From Minisyncoccota bacterium (lineage in GTDB: Bacteria > Patescibacteriota > Minisyncoccia > Phycocordibacterales > UBA9973): 64,000 nt of DNA. The stretch lies in contig JBAYVZ010000003.1 in assembly GCA_041674285.1 (NCBI GenBank), forward strand, positions 20,606 through 84,605. Direction: 5' to 3'. The position numbers were made by a program, and so were the translations under genes. The notes beneath the pieces were generated by a model that saw only the letters and a list, made by a program, of their open reading frames with translations, did no database searches and had not been told where the DNA came from. Shown piece by piece: positions 28,146 to 38,293 of this stretch. Numbering within the stretch: the stretch's first letter is position 1; each line of letters opens with the position of its first letter.

Positions 28146-28574
28146 TTATTTTATAGTTCCACCAGCTTTTTCAATCTTTGCTTTAGCTGAGTCAGAAACG
28201 ATACAACCTTCAACTGTGATCGAGACTGTGATGTCCCCTGTTCCTAGGATCTTTACCTTTGGAAGCTTGCCACTTACCTTGCGGATAAGCTTGTTAGCAA
28301 AAAGTGCTGTAGGGTTCACAACTGTTCCGTCTGTAAATATATTCAATGAAGAAACATTCACAACGTTTGGCTTTGAAACTGTAGACTTAAAACGATATCC
28401 ACGAAGTTTTGGAAGCTTCTTTATGATATCACGAATTTGAGGACGGCGCTTGTTACCAGCACGAGCTGTCTGACCCTTTCCTCCACGTCCAGATTGCTTA
28501 CCACGAGTACCACCACGTCCTACTTGGCGTGCCTTCTTATTTGGATTTTTTCTTTTTAATTCGTTTAATTGCAT
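28146..28574 (-). CDS. rplO: 50S ribosomal protein L15
   Basis: VGRGG..GKQSGRGGKGQ.AR; KILGTG. Confidence 0.96.
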   Translation of the reverse strand: MQLNELKRKNPNKKARQVGRGGTRGKQSGRGGKGQTARAGNKRRPQIRDIIKKLPKLRGYRFKSTVSKPNVVNVSSLNIFTDGTVVNPTALFANKLIRKVSGKLPKVKILGTGDITVSITVEGCIVSDSAKAKIEKAGGTIK

Positions 28575-28588
28575 AAATATGATTTAAA

Positions 28589-29188
28589 TTATTTAACTTC
28601 TTCTGCTACTACTTCTTTGACTGCTTTTGGTGCACGAGACTTTAGCATCTTTAGTGCTCCGTATGTAGCGCGAGCATTGTTCAGCTTGTTCTTACTGCCT
28701 GATTGGATCTTACCAGTGACATTCTTGATACCAGCTAGGACCAACATGTCTCGAACAGTACTTCCTGCTACTAGACCCTTACCCTTGTTTGGCATAATGT
28801 TGATTCTTGAACTTCCGAATTTGAATGATGCTTCATGGTTGATTGACATTTCTTTTGTCACAGCGATTTTGAACATATTCTTCTTTGCAGCACGTAGAGC
28901 CTTTGCTATAGCTACAGCTGTGTCAGCACCCTTTCCTGTTCCTAGCCCGATTGAACCTTTTTTATCACCTATAGCGAGAGCTACAGCGAATGTCATACGA
29001 CGTCCCCCTGATACCACACGAGTAACACGGCGGATAGAAACCATTTTCTGGTCAAACTCTGGCTTTGGCTTTTCAAAGAAAGCACGTGGCTTTCTCTCTC
29101 CATTCCCTCCTGTGTTTGGTCGGCCACCTGCTGGTCTTGTACCGAAACGAGGTTTTGTATTTGTAGTTGGTTTGTTATTTGTATCCAT
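28589..29188 (-). CDS. rpsE: 30S ribosomal protein S5
   Basis: RVTRVVSGGRRMTF; AGIKN. Confidence 0.96.
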   Translation of the reverse strand: MDTNNKPTTNTKPRFGTRPAGGRPNTGGNGERKPRAFFEKPKPEFDQKMVSIRRVTRVVSGGRRMTFAVALAIGDKKGSIGLGTGKGADTAVAIAKALRAAKKNMFKIAVTKEMSINHEASFKFGSSRINIMPNKGKGLVAGSTVRDMLVLAGIKNVTGKIQSGSKNKLNNARATYGALKMLKSRAPKAVKEVVAEEVK

Positions 29189-29196
29189 AAAATTTA

Positions 29197-29538
29197 TTAA
29201 AATTCTAAGCCTCCTGCGCGAGCGCCGTCAGCTAGTGCTTTTACGCGACCAGTATATTTAAATCCATTACGATCAAAAACAACAGTTTTTACTCCCTTTG
29301 CAGTAGCTAGCTTTGCTATCTCTGCTCCGACTGCTGTAGCACGTTCTGTCTTTGTCCCTTTTTCGATTTTCATGTCTGAAGAAGAAGCTAGAGTCACCCC
29401 TTTTGTATCATCAATAATCTGAGCATAGATAAATGCATTTGAACGAAATACTGAAAGACGAGGGCGTGAAGAACCAACACCAATCTTTGCACGAATCTTT
29501 TTCTTTAGACGTATTCTTTTTTCTTGTTTCTTGTTCAT
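29197..29538 (-). CDS. rplR: 50S ribosomal protein L18
   Basis: [10 protein letters not shown]; [14 protein letters not shown]. Confidence 0.97.
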   Translation of the reverse strand: MNKKQEKRIRLKKKIRAKIGVGSSRPRLSVFRSNAFIYAQIIDDTKGVTLASSSDMKIEKGTKTERATAVGAEIAKLATAKGVKTVVFDRNGFKYTGRVKALADGARAGGLEF

Positions 29539-29543
29539 ATATT

Positions 29544-30080
29544 TTATGCAGCTTTCTTACCTTGCTTACGACGAATAACTTCAGTATCGTAACGGAAACC
29601 TTTACACTTGTATGGTTCTGGCTTCTTTAATGAACGAACATTTGCTGTCCACTGACCAACAAGTTCTTTGTCGATACCTATAACTGTAACTGTGTTCTTT
29701 TCTGCTGTAACTGTTAGACCCTCTGGGATATCTACGTTTACTGGGTGTGAAAAACCAAGAGCAAGCTTTAGAACTTTACCTGCTACTTCTGACTTGTATC
29801 CAACTCCTTCTAGGATAAGCTTCTTTGTATAACCAGTGTTTACACCGTTTACCATGTTTTTGATATGAGAAGCATATGTACCCCATAGAGCACGCTCTGT
29901 CTTATCATTCTCATTCTTTGGAGTTAGTGTGATTTCTGAACCGTTGATATTTATAGCAACAGTACCAGGGAAATCACGCACTAGTGTACCCTTTGATCCT
30001 TTTACAGAAAAAGTAGCACCTGTTAGCTTAACTTCAGTTCCTGCGGGGATATTTATTATTTGTTTTCCTATACGTGACAT
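29544..30080 (-). CDS. rplF: 50S ribosomal protein L6
   Basis: MSRIGKQ; LGFSHP; KPEPYK.KG. Confidence 0.97.
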   Translation of the reverse strand: MSRIGKQIINIPAGTEVKLTGATFSVKGSKGTLVRDFPGTVAININGSEITLTPKNENDKTERALWGTYASHIKNMVNGVNTGYTKKLILEGVGYKSEVAGKVLKLALGFSHPVNVDIPEGLTVTAEKNTVTVIGIDKELVGQWTANVRSLKKPEPYKCKGFRYDTEVIRRKQGKKAA

Positions 30081-30089
30081 AAAATGTTA

Positions 30090-30476
30090 TTACCAGATTT
30101 TAAATAATACTTCGCCTCCGACCATCTCTTTACGAGCTTGCTTGTCTGTTAAGATACCTTTTGGTGTTGAAAGAAACATTGATCCAAAACCATGACGAAC
30201 AGAGCGGATATCCTTTACCCCCTTATAAACACGACATGATGACTTTGAAACACGTTCTACTCCTGTAACTTTTGGTGATCCATCTACATATACCAATTCA
30301 AGTTCTAGTGTAGGGAATCCCTTCTGCATCTTCTTTGTTGCTTTACCTAGGTACCCTTCTTTTACTAGAGCATCTGCTATTGATTGCTTTAATTTTGAAT
30401 ATGGAACAGTCACAGACTCGCGTTCTACGCGGTTTGCATTCTTTACCATATTTACCATGTTTGCTATTTGATCCAT
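30090..30476 (-). CDS. rpsH: 30S ribosomal protein S8
   Basis: RVSK...RVY; LSTPKG; GGEVL. Confidence 0.96.
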   Translation of the reverse strand: MDQIANMVNMVKNANRVERESVTVPYSKLKQSIADALVKEGYLGKATKKMQKGFPTLELELVYVDGSPKVTGVERVSKSSCRVYKGVKDIRSVRHGFGSMFLSTPKGILTDKQARKEMVGGEVLFKIW

Positions 30477-30505
30477 ATATTTTTAGTTAAAAGTTTATTT
30501 TGAGA

Positions 30506-30691
30506 TTACCAAGAAGACTTGCGTACGCCTGGTAGCATACCTTCATTTGCCATTTCACGGAAGCAGATACGACATAGACCGAAATCTCTCATAAATGCAT
30601 GCCCACGACCACAACGAAAACAACGATTTGTCTCTCGAGATGTAAACTTACTCTTCTTTAAATGTCTTGCTATAACTGATGTTTTTGCCAT
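30506..30691 (-). CDS. rpsN: 30S ribosomal protein S14 (Zn-binding type Z)
   Basis: MAKTS...RCFRCGR...[10 protein letters not shown]...KSSW. Confidence 0.96.
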   Translation of the reverse strand: MAKTSVIARHLKKSKFTSRETNRCFRCGRGHAFMRDFGLCRICFREMANEGMLPGVRKSSW

Positions 30692-30892
30692 ATTATAATT
30701 TATCTTAATAAAACTGCCCCAAGGACCGTCCTTGGGATATGATTGCGATATCTCATTCCTTTTCTTAAAAGTATTATCTCTTAAGGAGAAGAACGGATCT
30801 ATCAATCACGTCCCCCTATCCTATCAGATAGGTAGGATAATGTCAAATAAAAAAGCAGCATTATGTTTTCAGGCATAATACTGCTCTCTCTT

Positions 30893-31159
30893 TTAGTGAC
30901 CCTTAGCTGGTGGTTTCCTTTTAAAGAAAACCTTTGTCCAAAGGAGATAAACTCCTAAGGACATTATCACTAGTTGCATAACCCCTGCAACTAGGTTACT
31001 TAGCATTATCTTAATGCTAAGAGTGAAGGAATCGATCTCACGGACGTACGATTCTGGCGAGATCAAATGCCAGAAAAATAATACTATAAACCCTATAATA
31101 AGGGCGAAACCTGCGAACCACCTTGGGCTCGTTAGGATCCTAATCCAAAGTTCTCTCAT
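30893..31159 (-). CDS. Small membrane protein (2 TM)
   Basis: Two hydrophobic helices; -10-like TATAAT just upstream. Confidence 0.6.
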   Translation of the reverse strand: MRELWIRILTSPRWFAGFALIIGFIVLFFWHLISPESYVREIDSFTLSIKIMLSNLVAGVMQLVIMSLGVYLLWTKVFFKRKPPAKGH

Positions 31160-31256
31160 TTGTGTATATTATACACCTTTTCATCAATTTTGTCAATATT
31201 GGATAAATACCCTATTTTATAAGGCTAAACACAATAAAATCCCTCAGATGAGGGAT

Positions 31257-32276
31257 TTAGAACAATTTTTTACTTTCAGTCACCTCCAATGGTATTGATT
31301 TAGTGCAAAGATAGAAATTGACCAATATTGAACCAACCTTGGTATTATATAAAACACTAGAATGTATCCCATTCATTGGATTGTCTGTATTTGACTCAGA
31401 TATATTCTCAATATCACCCGCTCGAGAATAATATTCTGCTCGCTTTTCAAGTATTTCTCTTATATCTTCATCTCTAAAAACGAGACAAACATTCAAATCT
31501 GTTTTGTTGTCTGAATTAAAAGAATACCCTTCTAGTGCGATATTTTCAAATACTCTTTTTATTTCTCTAAATTTAACAACTCTCCTACGTGGAAGAAAAA
31601 AAATCAAAGGAAAATCTGGGTATCTATTTACCAAGGTATCAATATTTTTATTAAATAAACCATGGAAACCAAAAGGCTTATCATACCAACCATAGTCCTC
31701 AACAACGCTAAATTTCATACCTAGTTCTGACTGAGCATATTTAACCCCCTCTTCTTCAAATAAGTCTCTGTACCACACACATAGTGCCACATCTTCAGCA
31801 TGGAATTTTGTAATCCTGCCTTCATTTGCAAACTTTTGCGAAAGTTCCAAAAACTTTTTACTTCGCAAGGAAAAACCACCATTACCTACGACAAACTTTG
31901 AGTCCGGCTTATTTCTATTTTTTTCTAACCAATGCATACCAGAAAGAGGTGCTCCAATATAGTCATATTCTAAAAATTCTGGGGTCCAACTTTCAGGATT
32001 TAAAACAAAACCATCATACTGAACCAATAGGACATAGTCCGTATCTACATAATCATTTAGATCTTGAATGCAAAATTTTGAAAAATCTTCTATTGATCCA
32101 ATATGTGGTATTTTTATTAATCTTTCATCATCTGATGATATTGAACTTAATAATTTAACAGAACCAAATTCAATACCCTTTTCAGAAATATCCATCGCAG
32201 CTATTAATCTTTCTATATTCACACAATCGATACCCAAAAGTGTAACATTTGGAAGTTGTATTCTACTCATATTCAT
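31257..32276 (-). CDS. DUF5672-family (glycosyltransferase-like) protein
   Basis: VQYDGF, YDYIGAP, GNGGFSLRSKK, ED, FGFHG. Confidence 0.82.
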   Translation of the reverse strand: MNMSRIQLPNVTLLGIDCVNIERLIAAMDISEKGIEFGSVKLLSSISSDDERLIKIPHIGSIEDFSKFCIQDLNDYVDTDYVLLVQYDGFVLNPESWTPEFLEYDYIGAPLSGMHWLEKNRNKPDSKFVVGNGGFSLRSKKFLELSQKFANEGRITKFHAEDVALCVWYRDLFEEEGVKYAQSELGMKFSVVEDYGWYDKPFGFHGLFNKNIDTLVNRYPDFPLIFFLPRRRVVKFREIKRVFENIALEGYSFNSDNKTDLNVCLVFRDEDIREILEKRAEYYSRAGDIENISESNTDNPMNGIHSSVLYNTKVGSILVNFYLCTKSIPLEVTESKKLF

Positions 32277-32336
32277 ATAATACCATTTTAGAAACCAACA
32301 AAAAATCCCTCAGATGAGGGATTTTATGGAAACAGA

Positions 32337-32876
32337 TTATTTCTTGAATGGTACACCGATGAGTTCAAAGAATTTTGTTGCTTCAGGCTTTGTCTTGGCT
32401 GTAGTCACGATTGTAACTGCCATACCGAATACATCCTTTAGCTCTTCATCCCCTGTCTCTGGAAAGATTGTGTGTTCCTTTATAGACATAGTTAGATTAC
32501 CGATATCATCTACGATCTTTCTCTCGATACCACGAAAGTCTTTTGTACGAGGGATAGCTACATTGATTAGCTTGTCTAGGAATCCGTACATACGAGCTCC
32601 ACGTAGAGTAACAACTACACCGATCGGATCACCTGTACGAATCTTGAATGATGCGACAGATTTCTTTGCACCGCGTAGAGATGGCTTTTGACCAGTGATC
32701 TTTGCGATACGATCCATGATGAACTTGTTGCGATCCTTGTCGCGCTTGATACCAGAACCAGTACCAACAGCAACAACAACCTTTGTAAGGCGAGGTGCAG
32801 CCATACTACTCTTGTAGCCAAATTCACCCTTGAGTGTACTGTATGCTTTCTTTTCTTTTATCTTTGTTGTTTCCAT
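32337..32876 (-). CDS. rplE: 50S ribosomal protein L5
   Basis: ITGQKP, AKKSVASFKIR, VTLRG, KDFRG. Confidence 0.97.
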   Translation of the reverse strand: METTKIKEKKAYSTLKGEFGYKSSMAAPRLTKVVVAVGTGSGIKRDKDRNKFIMDRIAKITGQKPSLRGAKKSVASFKIRTGDPIGVVVTLRGARMYGFLDKLINVAIPRTKDFRGIERKIVDDIGNLTMSIKEHTIFPETGDEELKDVFGMAVTIVTTAKTKPEATKFFELIGVPFKK

Positions 32877-32882
32877 AATATT

Positions 32883-33098
32883 TTAACTTACTTTCTTAAC
32901 ATTGGACACGTGGATAGGCATTGCCTTTTCTACGATCTGACCTTTTGCTCCACGAGTAGCTTTCATGTGTTTCTTCTTCATGTTTACACCTTCGATGATA
33001 ACCATGTTTGAAGTAGGCATTGCTTTCTCAATCTTGCCTTTCTTACCCTTACTTCCCCCAGCTATTACTATTACATTGTCTCCTTTTTTTACGTGCAT
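32883..33098 (-). CDS. rplX: 50S ribosomal protein L24 (short, 71 aa)
   Basis: KKGDNV.VIAG..KGK.G KOW motif; PIHVSNV. Confidence 0.94.
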   Translation of the reverse strand: MHVKKGDNVIVIAGGSKGKKGKIEKAMPTSNMVIIEGVNMKKKHMKATRGAKGQIVEKAMPIHVSNVKKVS

Positions 33099-33227
33099 AT
33101 ATTTTCTAAATTTTATAATTTTTAATTTTGTAATTTCTAAATAATTTTTTAATGTAATAATTTTTAAACATTGAAGTTTGGGTCATTATTTAAAAATTAA
33201 AAATTGGAAATTAAAAATTCTTGTTAC

Positions 33228-33599
33228 TTAAATGACTTCCGGGGCAAGTGAGATTATTTTCTGGTATCCACGTTCTGCCAATTCACGAGGAATAGGACCG
33301 AACACACGACCTGCTTTTGGATCTTGCTTGTCTTTTTCTAGAATAACTACTGCGTTGTCATCAAATCTGATGTATGAACCATCTTTTCGGCGAAATGCAT
33401 TTGTAGTACGTACAACGACAGCCTGTAGAACGTCCTTTTTCTTTACTCCCTTGCGAGGTTCAGCTACCTTTACTGATAGGACTACACGGTCACCGATACC
33501 AGCATAACGACGCTTTGAAGATCCAAGCACTTTGAAAACCTTTCCGACTTTACCGCCGGCATTATCTGTGATCTTTACTACTGTTCCGTCTTGTATCAT
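33228..33599 (-). CDS. rplN: 50S ribosomal protein L14
   Basis: DNAGG, AVVVRT, FDDNAVV, RVFGP, SLAPEV. Confidence 0.97.
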   Translation of the reverse strand: MIQDGTVVKITDNAGGKVGKVFKVLGSSKRRYAGIGDRVVLSVKVAEPRKGVKKKDVLQAVVVRTTNAFRRKDGSYIRFDDNAVVILEKDKQDPKAGRVFGPIPRELAERGYQKIISLAPEVI

Positions 33600-33608
33600 A
33601 AAATATTG

Positions 33609-33854
33609 TTACGCAATTACCTTAAAATGCTTGTCTTTTGACATTGGTTTTGTCTCTTCGATTTCGACTACATCGCCAATTTTCTTTGTGTTGTTTTCAT
33701 CATGAGCCTTGTATTTCTTGCTCTTCTTGATGCGCTTTCCGTATTTTGTGTGTTCTACGAAGCGAGTTACAGATACTACTACTGTCTTATCCATCTTGTC
33801 ACTTGTAACGACACCTTTTAATACTTTATTCTTATTTGTCTTTGTTGTATTCAT
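33609..33854 (-). CDS. rpsQ: 30S ribosomal protein S17
   Basis: [14 protein letters not shown]; KYKAHDE. Confidence 0.97.
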   Translation of the reverse strand: MNTTKTNKNKVLKGVVTSDKMDKTVVVSVTRFVEHTKYGKRIKKSKKYKAHDENNTKKIGDVVEIEETKPMSKDKHFKVIA

Positions 33855-33859
33855 ATATA

Positions 33860-34282
33860 TTATCGTGCTACCACGCGAGTCTTAACTGGTAACTTTGTAC
33901 CGGCCTTTCGAAGTGCTTCTTTTGCAAGAGCTTCTGGGATGCCGTCTACTTCAAATAATACACGTCCAGGGAATATTTCTACGCAGTAACCTTGTGGATC
34001 TCCTTTACCCTTTCCCATACCTACCTCGGCTGGCTTTGCTGTAAATGGTCTGTCAGGGAAAATACGGATCCAAATGCGTCCGGCTTTTGTAGCAGTACGA
34101 GTAGCCACCTTACGAGCAGACTCGATTTGGTTTGACTTGATGCGTCCAGCACTGATAGCCTTGAGACCATATGAACCAAAAGCAACAGTAAGACCACGAG
34201 TCTCTACTCCACTCTGCATTCTACTCTCGCTCTTGCGACCAGTATGCCACTTTCTAAATTTTACTTTTTTGGGTAATAACAT
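33860..34282 (-). CDS. rplP: 50S ribosomal protein L16
   Basis: [11 protein letters not shown]; RIFPD; MGKGKG. Confidence 0.97.
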   Translation of the reverse strand: MLLPKKVKFRKWHTGRKSESRMQSGVETRGLTVAFGSYGLKAISAGRIKSNQIESARKVATRTATKAGRIWIRIFPDRPFTAKPAEVGMGKGKGDPQGYCVEIFPGRVLFEVDGIPEALAKEALRKAGTKLPVKTRVVAR

Positions 34283-34296
34283 ATAGATTATTTAGA

Positions 34297-34959
34297 TTAC
34301 TTTTTTTCATCACTAAAAACTTCTCCACGGTATATCCAGACCTTGATACCGATATCTCCATAACTCATATGAGCCTTTTCACGAGCAAAATCAACGTCAG
34401 CACGGAATGTCTGAAGTGGAATAGAACCACGCTTTATCTGCTCTGTACGTGCGATTTCTGAACCAGCAAGACGTCCTCCTAGGAATATACGTGCTCCCTT
34501 TACTCCGCGAGCAGTCATAACCTTTTCGATTGTCTGTTTTAGCACACGGCGGTATGGTAGACGCTTTTCAAGACCCTCGGCTATCATACATGCTACGATT
34601 GCAGCATCTGCATCAGGATTTGCTACTTCTACTATATCTAGCTTTAAATCTTCACTAGCTACGATACGGCGCTTTGCCAATGCCTTGATTATATCTGCCT
34701 TTAGCTTTGTAGCACCATCCCCTCCACGTCCGATAATCATACCAGGGCGAGATGTGTGAACGATAACTTTTGTAGCTTTTGCATTTCTTTCAATATCAAC
34801 ACGAGAAACATAAAAACCACGTAGCTTCTTTGCTAAGAATTCACGGATAACAACATCACTTGCTAGCAAGTTACTGTATTTCTTATCAGCAAACCATCGT
34901 GATTTCCAATCACGGAGTGTTACTAGTCTATGTGCGTATGGATGGACAACTTTTGACAT
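34297..34959 (-). CDS. rpsC: 30S ribosomal protein S3
   Basis: WKSRWF; RPGMIIGRGG; GRL.GSEIAR; PLQTFRAD. Confidence 0.97.
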   Translation of the reverse strand: MSKVVHPYAHRLVTLRDWKSRWFADKKYSNLLASDVVIREFLAKKLRGFYVSRVDIERNAKATKVIVHTSRPGMIIGRGGDGATKLKADIIKALAKRRIVASEDLKLDIVEVANPDADAAIVACMIAEGLEKRLPYRRVLKQTIEKVMTARGVKGARIFLGGRLAGSEIARTEQIKRGSIPLQTFRADVDFAREKAHMSYGDIGIKVWIYRGEVFSDEKK

Positions 34960-34972
34960 AAATATCTATAAA

Positions 34973-35377
34973 TTAATCTTTCTTAGCAGTCTTTGCTACC
35001 TTTTTTGGAGCTTTTACTGTTTTTGGTGTTGATTTCGACTTTTTTGGTGTAATAACTTTTTCAGCAAGAGTAAGCACGACATGACTTGTGCGCTTGTTTA
35101 TGCGTGAAGCAGATCCACGAGCACGAGGCATTGAACGCTTCATAACTATACCCTTGTCTACTGTAACACTTGAAACTACAAGGTTTTCTGAACTTATACC
35201 AGAGTTCTTTGCGTTTGCAATTGCTGAATTCAATAGCTTTTGTATAGGAAGTGATGCTCTCTTTGGCAAGAAAGACAAATGCGTATTAGCATCAGCAACC
35301 CTTTTGCCTTTAATTAGTTCCGCTACAAGGCGAACCTTGCGGGGTGACTGTCTATAGTTTTTTAGAAATGCTTTCAT
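34973..35377 (-). CDS. rplV: 50S ribosomal protein L22
   Basis: SPRKVRLVA; PRARG; KRTSH. Confidence 0.97.
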   Translation of the reverse strand: MKAFLKNYRQSPRKVRLVAELIKGKRVADANTHLSFLPKRASLPIQKLLNSAIANAKNSGISSENLVVSSVTVDKGIVMKRSMPRARGSASRINKRTSHVVLTLAEKVITPKKSKSTPKTVKAPKKVAKTAKKD

Positions 35378-35387
35378 AGTTTAATTA

Positions 35388-35735
35388 TTATTTCTTCTTA
35401 GTATCAGCTGTCGTAGCCTTTGCGGACTTTGCGGCTGTAATCTCAGCTTCTTTCTTCTTCTGCTCTAATTCTTTCTGCATCTTACCTCCGTGACGTACGA
35501 ATTTCTTTGTAGGAGAGAATTCACCCAATCGGTGACCTACCATGTCTTCTGAAACCAGAACTTCGACATGAGTCTTACCATTGTGCACCCCAAACATAAA
35601 ACCTACCATCACTGGCGATATAACGCACGCACGAGACCATGTTTTAATCATGCCTGTCTCGATTGGCTTTTTTCCGGCAATCTTTTTCAAGAGCCTTTCG
35701 TCTACATATGGACCTTTTTTTAGTGATCTTGTCAT
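35388..35735 (-). CDS. rpsS: 30S ribosomal protein S19
   Basis: RSLKKGPY; KTWSR; MVGHRLGEF. Confidence 0.97.
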   Translation of the reverse strand: MTRSLKKGPYVDERLLKKIAGKKPIETGMIKTWSRACVISPVMVGFMFGVHNGKTHVEVLVSEDMVGHRLGEFSPTKKFVRHGGKMQKELEQKKKEAEITAAKSAKATTADTKKK

Positions 35736-35832
35736 AACAATATAAAGAAGCTCTAACTGAGCTCGTAGGGTTATACTAGCAAATTTAAAATAATTGTCAA
35801 ATTTATCCCCCTACCCCATTTAACCCAATGTA

Positions 35833-35881
35833 CATAGGATTGTTTTTTTACCCAAATGTGGTACTGTAAAAGAAAAATTCT
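35833..35881 (+). promoter_or_regulatory. 49-bp promoter block duplicated at 38212-38260 (47/49 identical)
   Basis: CATAGGRTTGTTTTTTTRCCCAAATGTGGTACTGTAAAAGAAAAATTCT; -35-like TTGTTT and extended -10 TGnTACTGT. Confidence 0.75.
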
Positions 35882-35908
35882 ATAAAACAAACAATAAACA
35901 AAAAGGTT

Positions 35909-36886
35909 ATGATACTACGCAACATCTATTTTCTCCCAGCACAAGGTGCCTCGGGAGTACAAGGTTTTTTTGGAGACCCAAGATATCCAGAATACAAACA
36001 CAGCGGATTGATAAGAGCGACTTTTGGAGATATTTTCCATGGAATGGGATTTGTTTCCAAGACAGGAACTTATTTCTACAACAAAGGCAATGTGGAATTA
36101 GACAGAAATGGCTATTCCTTTAAAAGATTTGCCCCAGACGCAATTCGACCTTTTATTCTCAGAGGGGCAGCCCTAAATGCTGTAGGACTCAGTAATCCTG
36201 GTTATGAAAAGTTACTCAAAACAGGTTTATGGTTTGAGCGAACAGACCCATTTATGTTGTCATTTATGGCAGTGGAGAATACAGTAGAAAAGAGAATTGC
36301 TGAAGCTGAACTATTTGTAGAAGAAATGGCAAATTATCTTGGAAAATTTCGCACTCAATTTGCACTACAAGTAAATCTTTCCTGTCCCAATGTAGGTCAC
36401 GAGCAACATGGCTTGATTGCAGAATCATACAAAATGTTTGAGATTCTAAATAGACTAAGAATTCCATTAGTTCCTAAAATCAACGCATTACTCGATCCGG
36501 GAATCGCTTTTGAAATCATGGATCATCCTGCCTGCGATGCCCTATGTGTATCAAATACCATACCTTTTGGACAAGGACCTAGTGGTAAAATTGATTGGTC
36601 TAAATATGGACCCAAAGGTAAATCACCGCTTGAAAGAAAGAAGTATCCCCCCGGTGGATTATCAGGTGCACCAATATTCCCATTGGTGGTAGATTGGCTA
36701 CGTCATGCTAGCGAACTGAAAAATAGCAAGCCAATAATCGCTGGTGGTGGAGTTATGGACAAGGAATCCGTAGAAATATTGGCACAATATCCAAATGTAG
36801 AGGCCATATCCATAGGATCAGTAGCATTCCTAAGACCAGGGAGAGTAAGGGGAATAATAAAACAATGCTATAAAAGCATTAATTAA
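35909..36886 (+). CDS. pyrD: Dihydroorotate dehydrogenase-like FMN enzyme
   Basis: KT, NAVGLSNPG, NLSCPN, SNT, GGLSG, IAGGGV. Confidence 0.82.
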   Translation: MILRNIYFLPAQGASGVQGFFGDPRYPEYKHSGLIRATFGDIFHGMGFVSKTGTYFYNKGNVELDRNGYSFKRFAPDAIRPFILRGAALNAVGLSNPGYEKLLKTGLWFERTDPFMLSFMAVENTVEKRIAEAELFVEEMANYLGKFRTQFALQVNLSCPNVGHEQHGLIAESYKMFEILNRLRIPLVPKINALLDPGIAFEIMDHPACDALCVSNTIPFGQGPSGKIDWSKYGPKGKSPLERKKYPPGGLSGAPIFPLVVDWLRHASELKNSKPIIAGGGVMDKESVEILAQYPNVEAISIGSVAFLRPGRVRGIIKQCYKSIN

Positions 36887-37018
36887 AATCCCATTTTTAA
36901 AAAAAATAGAAAGTCCTGTTTTGCTTGCGCAAAACAGGACTTCTTGCTTTCTGGGTCCAAAAAGGCTAATCTAAAAGAAAAATTTCTAAATTAAATCACT
37001 TCTTTAAACAACTAAATT

Positions 37019-38173
37019 ATGAGCAAAATCAAAACAACTGACGAATTTGATAATTTCTCTAAAAATTTTCAAAAGGAACACACCATGCCCTATGCTTTCG
37101 GGATCGGAATCTGCTTTGAGGACGAAAAAGGGAAACCTATTGCCCACAAGTGGCTCGCTCTAAGTGTAGACGAAAACCTTGGTACAGCTTCAGTATTGAT
37201 GAAATCAATGGGAATTAAAATGGAAGGAAACTACCCGCAATACTACAAAATGAATGAATTCATTGCCATAGATATTGAAAAATATTTTTCACCCTTCGAA
37301 AATGACGGGAAATATCATGAAAACATAAAGGCACTAGAATACACTCAATACATAAAGTATAAAAGGACTAATGCTGTATTAATTTTCTATCCAACACAAG
37401 ATTTCTTTGGAGGTATGATATCTAGTAATGCTGACGCACATTTTCGATTGGCAGCCATTTCTCGACTGAAATTTAAACCTAACACAATCTGTTTGGACAA
37501 TTTATTAAATGTTTTACCAAAAAATGTGTACCTAAGTAACGGAGATGTTTGCAGTATTGATTTTTGGAATCAAGAAGAATTTATAAAGGGAAACTCACAA
37601 GTTCAAATTCAAAACATAGACCAGATACCTTTTCTTATATGGGGAGCACCCATTCCACCTAAGGTGCGTATTGCTAGTATTGATTGTGCCAGACTCGGGG
37701 CATACCTATCCCCTGGAACTACGATCATGCCCTATGGCTTTGTAAATTTCAATGCTGGGACTCTCGGAAAATCAATGGTAGAAGGCACAATTTCTGCGGG
37801 AACCACTATTGATGATGGTACAGATATCGGTGCTAGGTCTGGATTCCTCGGAACACTTTCTGGTGGAAACACAACAAAGCTTTCAGCTGGTAAAAATTGC
37901 CTTATTGGTGCTGAGTCTCAGTGTGGTGTGATTCTGGGAGACAACTGCGTAATAGCGACAGGAACTTGTTTTGCACAAGGTACCCCAATTCTGGAAATTG
38001 ATCCAAACATTAAAGAACTTGATAACCCATCAAGAATAATCCGTATTGGAAAAGCAAAAGATTACAATGGCAAAAGTGACCTGACTTTCTGGAGAAATTC
38101 AATTACAGGTGCATTGGAAGTTTTTAATAAAACTAACAAGCATAGTCTGAACGAAGAACTCCACAAGAATTAA
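37019..38173 (+). CDS. dapD: Tetrahydrodipicolinate N-succinyltransferase (long DapD type)
   Basis: VRIA....ARLGAYLSPGTTIM..GFVNFNAGTLG..MVEG; GTLSGG; RNS.TGA; LNEELHKN. Confidence 0.85.
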   Translation: MSKIKTTDEFDNFSKNFQKEHTMPYAFGIGICFEDEKGKPIAHKWLALSVDENLGTASVLMKSMGIKMEGNYPQYYKMNEFIAIDIEKYFSPFENDGKYHENIKALEYTQYIKYKRTNAVLIFYPTQDFFGGMISSNADAHFRLAAISRLKFKPNTICLDNLLNVLPKNVYLSNGDVCSIDFWNQEEFIKGNSQVQIQNIDQIPFLIWGAPIPPKVRIASIDCARLGAYLSPGTTIMPYGFVNFNAGTLGKSMVEGTISAGTTIDDGTDIGARSGFLGTLSGGNTTKLSAGKNCLIGAESQCGVILGDNCVIATGTCFAQGTPILEIDPNIKELDNPSRIIRIGKAKDYNGKSDLTFWRNSITGALEVFNKTNKHSLNEELHKN

Positions 38174-38293
38174 TTAAATTTAATAAAAATAAGCACCCTA
38201 TGCATATAATGCATAGGGTTGTTTTTTTGCCCAAATGTGGTACTGTAAAAGAAAAATTCTTAATTTTAAATCACTCTTTAAACAATTAAATTT

